A stretch of DNA of 38,975 bases, from the NCBI GenBank assembly GCA_964401085.1, contig CAYNWZ010000001.1, forward strand, positions 1 through 38,975, written 5' to 3'. Positions 33,235-38,975 of this stretch are shown here, one piece after another. Source of the stretch: an uncultured Gammaproteobacteria bacterium. GTDB lineage: Bacteria > Patescibacteriota > Patescibacteriia > Patescibacteriales > Patescibacteriaceae. The notes beneath the pieces are model-generated. The model had not been told where the DNA came from. It was given only the letters and a program-made list of their open reading frames with translations, and did not search any database. A program made the position numbers and the translations under genes. Within the stretch, counting starts at the first letter, position 1; every line of letters begins with the position of its first letter.

Positions 33235-35205
33235 ATGAACGTTACTGAGCTCGCTCGTCATTTAAGAGTTTCACCACAAGAGTTGCGCGATACTTTACCG
33301 CGGATCGGTTTTGATATTGGTCAGCGGGCGATTAAGATTGACCAACGACTGGCCCAGCGGATCATTAAAGAATGGCCGCGATTGGTTCGCGAGCTTAAAA
33401 ATCGCGAAGAGCGAGAGCGTCGTCAAGAGGAGGCGGTGGCTGCCGCTCGCGCCGAACAACGAGTGGCTAAAATTGGCTCAGTTGTTACTATTAAGGATTT
33501 AGCCAATGACTTTGGTCTGCCGGTTAATCGTATTTTGGCGGAATTAATGAAAAATGGTATTTTTGCTTCGCTAAATGAGAAGATTGACGCCGATACCGCC
33601 ATGATTATCGGTAGTGAATTGGGAATTGAAGTGGTGGTAGAGAATGCCGCTGACAACAAGAACGATGATGTTGATCTGTTAGAAGAAAGCCGCCGTAATC
33701 AAGGTGATCAGGACGGCTTAGAAGTGCGTCCACCGGTTATTGTGGTGATGGGTCACGTTGACCACGGTAAAACCAAACTATTAGATGCTATCCGAACAAC
33801 TGATGTCGTCGCTACCGAAGCTGGCGGTATTACTCAGCATATTGGCGCCTATCAGATTACGCGCAAGGGCAAGGTGGTTACTTTTATTGACACCCCTGGT
33901 CATGAGGCTTTTACTGCTATGCGTAAGCGTGGCGCCAGAGTGGCTGATTTGGCCATCTTGGTGGTGGCGGCCGATGACGGTGTTAAGCCGCAAACCGTTG
34001 AGGCTTATAGGATAATTGAAGAAGCCAAAATTCCTTTTGTGGTGGCGATTAATAAGATTGATAAGCCAGAGGCTAATATTGAAAAAGCTAAACAAGAATT
34101 AGCCAACCAATTAAATTTACTACCCGAAGACTGGGGCGGCAAAGTAGTGACTTGTCCAATATCGGCCAAACAGAGGCTGGGCATAGAAGATTTATTAGAC
34201 ACTATTCTCTTGTTGGCTGATTTAGAGGAAAGTAATCGGCTGGCTAATCCAAATTTGGAAGCGATTGGGACGATTGTAGAGTCACATGTTAATAAAAGTG
34301 AAGGACCAGTGGCCACAGTGCTGGTGCAGAATGGAACTCTCAAGATTGGCGACACACTGATTTGTAATGAACAGTATTATGGCCATGTTCGGGCCCTCAA
34401 GAATTATCGTGGTCAAAACATTGAACAGGCTGGTCCATCAACGCCGGTTAAGATTATTGGACTGAAGGCGACTCCCGAGATTGGCGATGTTGTTCGTGTT
34501 GGTCAGGCCGAGCGCAGCAATAAGGTTAAAGCAGCCGCCAAAGGCCATAATCAGGCCATTACCAGGGTTCAGGACAATGGATCATTTAATGGTAAGACGA
34601 TTAACCTGATTGTGAAGACTGATGTTTTTGGTAGCGGTGAAGCGATTGAGGAGTCATTGTTAAAACTAAATAATGAAGAGGTGGCAGTACGGATTATCCA
34701 CCGCAGTTTGGGCAATATTACTGAAGGCGATATTGTTCGGGCCGAAGCTAACCAGGCTCGGGTTATTGGCTTTAATGTCAAAGCTAGCGCTCAGGTGGAA
34801 GACTTGGCTCGTGGCAAAGAGGTGGTTATTGAGCAATATGAAATTATTTATGATTTGATTAATAAGATTAAGAAAGAAATGCAGGATTTGATGCAGCCGG
34901 AGATTAAGCGGGTTGATCTGGGTCGTTTAAAGGTGCTAGCTGTTTTTCGTTTTGAGGGCGACGGCCAGGTAGTTGGCGGTAAAGTTCTAGATGGCAGCAT
35001 CAAGGCCGATTGCCAGCTGGAAATCGTGCGCAACAAAGAGATTGTCGGTCAAGGCAAATTACTGAAATTACAATCAGGCCGACAAGATGTCAGTGAAATA
35101 TTGGTTGATCAAGAGGGCGGGTTGCAGGTTAGCAGTCAAACCACTATTGAAGTTGGTGACATCCTTCAAGCCTATCGCGAGGACAAGCTATTTAAGAAAA
35201 TGTAG
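33235..35205 (+). CDS. infB: Translation initiation factor IF-2
   Basis: IF2_N-like start (MNVTELARHLRVSPQEL), G domain (GHVDHGKTKLLD, DTPGHEAF, NKID), and domains II-IV. The ATG at 33235 is preferred. Confidence 0.95.
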   Translation: MNVTELARHLRVSPQELRDTLPRIGFDIGQRAIKIDQRLAQRIIKEWPRLVRELKNREERERRQEEAVAAARAEQRVAKIGSVVTIKDLANDFGLPVNRILAELMKNGIFASLNEKIDADTAMIIGSELGIEVVVENAADNKNDDVDLLEESRRNQGDQDGLEVRPPVIVVMGHVDHGKTKLLDAIRTTDVVATEAGGITQHIGAYQITRKGKVVTFIDTPGHEAFTAMRKRGARVADLAILVVAADDGVKPQTVEAYRIIEEAKIPFVVAINKIDKPEANIEKAKQELANQLNLLPEDWGGKVVTCPISAKQRLGIEDLLDTILLLADLEESNRLANPNLEAIGTIVESHVNKSEGPVATVLVQNGTLKIGDTLICNEQYYGHVRALKNYRGQNIEQAGPSTPVKIIGLKATPEIGDVVRVGQAERSNKVKAAAKGHNQAITRVQDNGSFNGKTINLIVKTDVFGSGEAIEESLLKLNNEEVAVRIIHRSLGNITEGDIVRAEANQARVIGFNVKASAQVEDLARGKEVVIEQYEIIYDLINKIKKEMQDLMQPEIKRVDLGRLKVLAVFRFEGDGQVVGGKVLDGSIKADCQLEIVRNKEIVGQGKLLKLQSGRQDVSEILVDQEGGLQVSSQTTIEVGDILQAYREDKLFKKM

Positions 35206-35207
35206 TT

Positions 35208-35537
35208 ATGGTGGTAGACAATAGGCGGTTGAACGATTTATTGCGTCAGAAAATAGCCGAGCTAGTCAATCAGCTGGTTGAGTTTTATGATGGCTTGATT
35301 ACTGTTTCTTATGTTGATTTAAGCGGCGACGGCCAGGAGGCCAAAGTTGGCGTTTCGGTCTTGCCGATTAGTTTATATGGGACAGCTTTGCGGCAATTGC
35401 GCAAGAATTCAGCTGAAATAGCTAAACGAGCGGCTCGAGCGTCCCGTCTCAGCAGAACACCGCGAGTTGTCTGGTTAATTGATGATACCGCTGAAAGAGC
35501 GGCGGATTTAGACAGAGCCATTGGGCAGGTTGATTAA
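35208..35537 (+). CDS. rbfA: Ribosome-binding factor A
   Basis: 109 aa immediately after infB, with an RbfA-like KH fold pattern (..ITVSYVDLSGDGQEAKVGVSV.. and RTPRVVWLIDD). Confidence 0.8.
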   Translation: MVVDNRRLNDLLRQKIAELVNQLVEFYDGLITVSYVDLSGDGQEAKVGVSVLPISLYGTALRQLRKNSAEIAKRAARASRLSRTPRVVWLIDDTAERAADLDRAIGQVD

Positions 35538-35540
35538 CCT

Positions 35541-36506
35541 ATGGATCAGGTGTCAGCTAAGCAAGCTTGGCAGGTATTGCGTCAAGCTGAAAGATGGTTG
35601 ATTATTGCCCACTATAATCCCGATGGTGACGCCCTGGCGTCGGTCAATATTTTTTTAGAGATAGCTGCTCAATTAGGCAAGCCGGCGCTGGCTTATTGCG
35701 CCAATCAACCAAGTGATAATTTTGGTTTTTTATCTAAGATTAGCCAGCTCACCAGCCAACTTGACTATGAACAATTCAAGCAGTTCTCGGCGGTAATCGT
35801 AGTTGATTGTGGTAGCGCTAGTCGAACCAAATTAGCTGATTGGTTAAAACAAGATCGGCCCGGGCAGGTTATTATTGAATTTGATCATCATGAGCCGCAA
35901 GATAATTATGCCGACATTAGTTTTAAAGAAAGTCAGGCGGCAGCTACAGTTGAGGTGATTCATGATTTCTTAATCGCTATCCATTGGCCGATTAACACTG
36001 AAATTGCCAAATCAATCTTGACCGGTCTAGTTACTGATACTGGTAATTTTTTACACTCCAACACTACTGAAAAAACCACTAAATTAGCGGCCAAGATGAT
36101 GCTTTTGGGGGCACGCTTGCCGAAGATTATCAATCAAACACTAGCCAGTAAGAATTTGGCGGTAATGCGGCTATGGGGGCGGGCGTTAAGTCGTCTGAAA
36201 ATTAACCCCGATTATTTATTGGCAGTGGTGATTATTCGGCAGCAAGATTTAATTGAGTTCGGGTTAACAAGTGATGATTTGTCGGGCTTAATCGGATTGA
36301 TTAATAGTCTTCAAGGGGTGACTGGCAATTTGCTTTTAGTTGAAACCGATGACGGCCAACTTAAGGGTAGTCTAAGAACCAATCAAATTAATGTTGATAT
36401 GTCTTTCTTGGCCGGTCTTCTGGGCGGCGGTGGTCATCAAAAAGCGGCCGGCTTTACTATTCCTGGGAAGATTATTGGCGATAACGACCAATTGATTGTC
36501 GCTTAG
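35541..36506 (+). CDS. nrnA: DHH/DHHA1-family phosphoesterase (NrnA-like oligoribonuclease / pAp phosphatase)
   Basis: Motifs are HYNPDGDALAS, VVDCGS, FDHH, TGLVTDTGNF and the DHHA1 motif GGGGHQKAAG. Confidence 0.8.
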   Translation: MDQVSAKQAWQVLRQAERWLIIAHYNPDGDALASVNIFLEIAAQLGKPALAYCANQPSDNFGFLSKISQLTSQLDYEQFKQFSAVIVVDCGSASRTKLADWLKQDRPGQVIIEFDHHEPQDNYADISFKESQAAATVEVIHDFLIAIHWPINTEIAKSILTGLVTDTGNFLHSNTTEKTTKLAAKMMLLGARLPKIINQTLASKNLAVMRLWGRALSRLKINPDYLLAVVIIRQQDLIEFGLTSDDLSGLIGLINSLQGVTGNLLLVETDDGQLKGSLRTNQINVDMSFLAGLLGGGGHQKAAGFTIPGKIIGDNDQLIVA

Positions 36507-36565
36507 TGAATATTTTTGAAATAAGCAGTTTGTGCTATAATCAAGTTATTAATCTTAATAATTAT

Positions 36566-36799
36566 ATGGAAAAAATTTTTAAGGCTATCCGTGGCGGACT
36601 AAACAAAATGATTGTTAGTCTGACAATTGTCGGTGTTTTACTTTTAATCCTAAGCTTCTTAACAGTTTGGACTGAGTTTATGGCCAAATTGGTGCTAGGC
36701 ATGGTTATTTTACTATTAGCCTATGCGCTTTTGTCTACCGCTTATCGTTTATGGCGGTTTAGCCAAGATTTGAATAATTTTTGGAAAATAAAAAAATAA
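36566..36799 (+). CDS. Small membrane protein (77 aa, 2 TM), hypothetical
   Basis: The internal ATG at 36566 precedes two hydrophobic helices. The track's longer version starts by overlapping the nrnA stop. Confidence 0.4.
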   Translation: MEKIFKAIRGGLNKMIVSLTIVGVLLLILSFLTVWTEFMAKLVLGMVILLLAYALLSTAYRLWRFSQDLNNFWKIKK

Positions 36800-36802
36800 G
36801 TT

Positions 36803-37306
36803 ATGGCAAAGAAGAAGATAAGTAAATCAGTTTGGCGTTGGCTAGCAATTGTTTTGGGGATTGGAGTATTAGTTGCAATAAGCTGGTGGATCGTTGCCAG
36901 CCGCCAACCAATTAATATGGATGAGCTGGGTCGGGATAATTTATATCATTATCGCAATCAAGATCTTAATTTTAGCCTGGACTTACCCGAACAGTTTATT
37001 TATTATCAAACCGAAAGAACCAATTTTGCTGACTATCAAGAAATTAAATTCTATGTGCCGACCAATGATCCAGACTATCTGTATGAGGCTTTACCGAGTT
37101 ATGCCAAGCCAATTATTGTCAGAATTTATGATGAAAAAGCCTGGAATGATTTAAGCGACAACGAAGAGAGTAAAAGCGATTTTCAAAAAATCACCGTTAA
37201 AGATGGTAAAGTTTATTTAATTTGGTTTTGGGAACGTCAACCTAAAGATTGGCAAGACAAGTGGAGCGATGAAATGAAGGCGTCTATCAGCCAGTCATTA
37301 AAATAG
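36803..37306 (+). CDS. Hypothetical N-terminally anchored extracytoplasmic protein (167 aa)
   Basis: Basic N-terminus plus one TM helix (WRWLAIVLGIGVLVAISWWIVA), then a Trp/Asp/Tyr-rich soluble domain. No family recognised. Confidence 0.5.
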   Translation: MAKKKISKSVWRWLAIVLGIGVLVAISWWIVASRQPINMDELGRDNLYHYRNQDLNFSLDLPEQFIYYQTERTNFADYQEIKFYVPTNDPDYLYEALPSYAKPIIVRIYDEKAWNDLSDNEESKSDFQKITVKDGKVYLIWFWERQPKDWQDKWSDEMKASISQSLK

Positions 37307-37321
37307 CCAACAAATAAGAAT

Positions 37322-37350
37322 AAAACACCCCGACTCCAGGGGTGTTTTAT
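37322..37350 (+). terminator. Rho-independent terminator of the infB-rbfA-nrnA unit
   Basis: aaaacacccc / ggggtgtttt 10-bp stem with a 7-nt loop and a T-run. Confidence 0.85.
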
Positions 37351-37397
37351 TATATTTAAAGCTGTTCAATGGGCTGTTTTTCCCGTATAATATAAGA

Positions 37398-38975
37398 ATG
37401 AAGGCCAACAAGGAAAAATTAGTAGTCATTGATGGTAATGCCGTTATTTATCGGTCATTTTATGCAGTCCAGTCGGGTCTGTCTTATAATGGTCAGGCAA
37501 CTAATGCGGTTTATGGGTTTTTTAGTATTTTATTTAAAGTTATTAATGAACTACAGCCGCAATATTTATTGGTTGCCCTAGATCGTCCCGAGCCAACTTT
37601 TCGCCATCAGCTATCCGTCGACTATAAGGCGCAGCGCGTCAAACAGCCAGATGAGCTATATAGCCAAATTCCAATCATTAAAGAGTTGTTAAAAACCATG
37701 GCCGTGCCAGTCTTGGAGTTGGCTGGCTATGAGGCTGATGATATTATTGGCACCGTTGTTAATAAGGCGCCAAAGGGCGTACAATGCTATATTGTTACTG
37801 GTGACAAGGATAGCTTTCAATTAGTTGACGAAAAAACTAGTGTTTACTGGTTAAAGCAAGGGCTACAAAAAACGGTTGTTTTAGACCAAGATGGAGTTAA
37901 GCAGGTTCTTGGATTAGAGCCGCGACAGGTAGTTGATTATAAAGCGTTGCGGGGTGACCCTAGTGACAATATTCCTGGCGTTCCCGGTATCGGCGATAAA
38001 ACGGCGCTGGATCTATTAAAATCTTTTGACACTCTTGATAAATTGCAAGCGGCCTTGGCAGCTGATTTAGTGGATGAACGCATCAAGCCGCGCTGGCGAC
38101 AATTAATTAAGGATAACCAAGTAAGTCTAGACTTAAGTCAGCGACTGGCAACGATTGATTGTAATGTGCCGCTAGACTTTGTTTGGCCCGTGGCCAGGTT
38201 TGGCGATTTTGATATTATTGCTGCTCGCCAAGCTTTTTTGGATTGGCAGTTACGCAGTCTGGTTCCGCGTCTGGAAAAATTGGTCGAGCAGCCGATTAAA
38301 AGCGTTGCTCAACAACCGGCGGCAGCTAGATTGCCGATTATTGCCGTTAAAAGTGTTAATGAGTCAGTTCGGTTAGCGGACGAATGTACCGAAAAAATTA
38401 TTAGCTTACTGCCGTTGTGGGAAGGTGAGCGGTTGACCAAGTTGATTTTAAACAGTTCGGGTCAATTATTGGAGTTTACCGTTGCTGGCCCAGCTCAACA
38501 GGGATTATTCCAGAGCAGCGCTGATGAACCAGTAGATACCATAAAGCCGTGGCAACAGATTTTTGAGAATGAGCAAATAGAAAAAATAATTTTTCAAGCC
38601 AAAGAGGTTAGCAAACTTTTATCTAAATCGGCAATTAAGCTTGCCGGTTTAGCTGGTGATCCTTTGTTGGCCAATTATTTGCTCAATCCTGGAGCTAGAC
38701 AAGACAGTTTGGTTGATATTGGGCAACAGGCTGGTTTTAGTTTGGAACCAGCAGTTGATTCATTAAAAATGACGGACAGCTATTATCAAAATTGTGGCCA
38801 GCTAGAGGCTGTTCACCAAAAGCTGACAGAACAGTTAAAAGATAATGGCTTATTAGATATTTATCAAAGGATTGAATTGCCATTAACTAAGGTTTTGGCG
38901 ACGATGGAACTTAACGGCATTAAGATTGATCAAGCTTGGCTAGTCGGCTTAGCGGATGAATGGCAGGCTCAGCTA
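37398..38975 (+). CDS. polA: DNA polymerase I, N-terminal 526 codons (open at the window end)
   Basis: I translated the frame by hand from the ATG at 37398 to the window end and found no stop codon. 5'-nuclease motifs are LVVIDGNAVIYRSFYA, GYEADDIIGT, IVTGDKDSFQL and LRGDPSDNIPGVPGIGDKTA. The central region lacks an obvious DxE ExoI motif. It is absent from the track because it has no stop in the window. Confidence 0.9.
   Translation, partial: MKANKEKLVVIDGNAVIYRSFYAVQSGLSYNGQATNAVYGFFSILFKVINELQPQYLLVALDRPEPTFRHQLSVDYKAQRVKQPDELYSQIPIIKELLKTMAVPVLELAGYEADDIIGTVVNKAPKGVQCYIVTGDKDSFQLVDEKTSVYWLKQGLQKTVVLDQDGVKQVLGLEPRQVVDYKALRGDPSDNIPGVPGIGDKTALDLLKSFDTLDKLQAALAADLVDERIKPRWRQLIKDNQVSLDLSQRLATIDCNVPLDFVWPVARFGDFDIIAARQAFLDWQLRSLVPRLEKLVEQPIKSVAQQPAAARLPIIAVKSVNESVRLADECTEKIISLLPLWEGERLTKLILNSSGQLLEFTVAGPAQQGLFQSSADEPVDTIKPWQQIFENEQIEKIIFQAKEVSKLLSKSAIKLAGLAGDPLLANYLLNPGARQDSLVDIGQQAGFSLEPAVDSLKMTDSYYQNCGQLEAVHQKLTEQLKDNGLLDIYQRIELPLTKVLATMELNGIKIDQAWLVGLADEWQAQL

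Noticed and set aside
1-38975. Alternative genetic code (UGA recoding, as in SR1/Gracilibacteria)
   Set aside because: Genes end cleanly on TGA with immediate ATGA-coupled downstream starts (rnpA/yidD at 31097-31100, the GH/ROK junction at 18229-18232, yraN/dprA). All conserved proteins have normal lengths under the standard bacterial code.

Overview
This is a dense, roughly 40-45% GC bacterial chromosomal window centred on the replication-origin neighbourhood. dnaA and dnaN lie on the minus strand, divergent from rpmH-rnpA-yidD-yidC, and the dnaA-dnaN spacer carries DnaA boxes and an AT-rich tract. Housekeeping genes include topA, dprA, yraN, nusA, holA, infB-rbfA-nrnA, a partial polA, PBP1A, a LysM/M23 peptidase, an RsuA/RluB-type pseudouridine synthase, a GH1/GH5-like/ROK sugar operon and five tRNAs. 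Shine-Dalgarno motifs are almost absent, the proteins are small, and VirB2-like pilins are present. Together these suggest a Patescibacteria/CPR-like lineage, but that is inference only. There are four main candidates for a second look. (1) A 1008-aa protein made of two complete, apparently catalytically intact PilB/GspE secretion ATPases fused in tandem. It is co-operonic with an uncharacterised 570-aa membrane protein, a YfcE phosphoesterase and a Wzy_C/O-antigen-ligase-like protein, with no PilC, PilM or type IV pilin nearby. (2) Six tandem TrbC/VirB2-like pilin paralogs that share exact nucleotide cassettes and have no T4SS machinery in the window. (3) A promoter-to-terminator unit of about 220 nt inside a tRNA island, with no credible ORF, bracketed by DnaA-box-containing 14-bp direct repeats. 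(4) A 0.5-kb GC-rich lipoprotein gene that has the only strong SD I saw at the gene starts I checked. No CRISPR array, transposase or integrase was seen.
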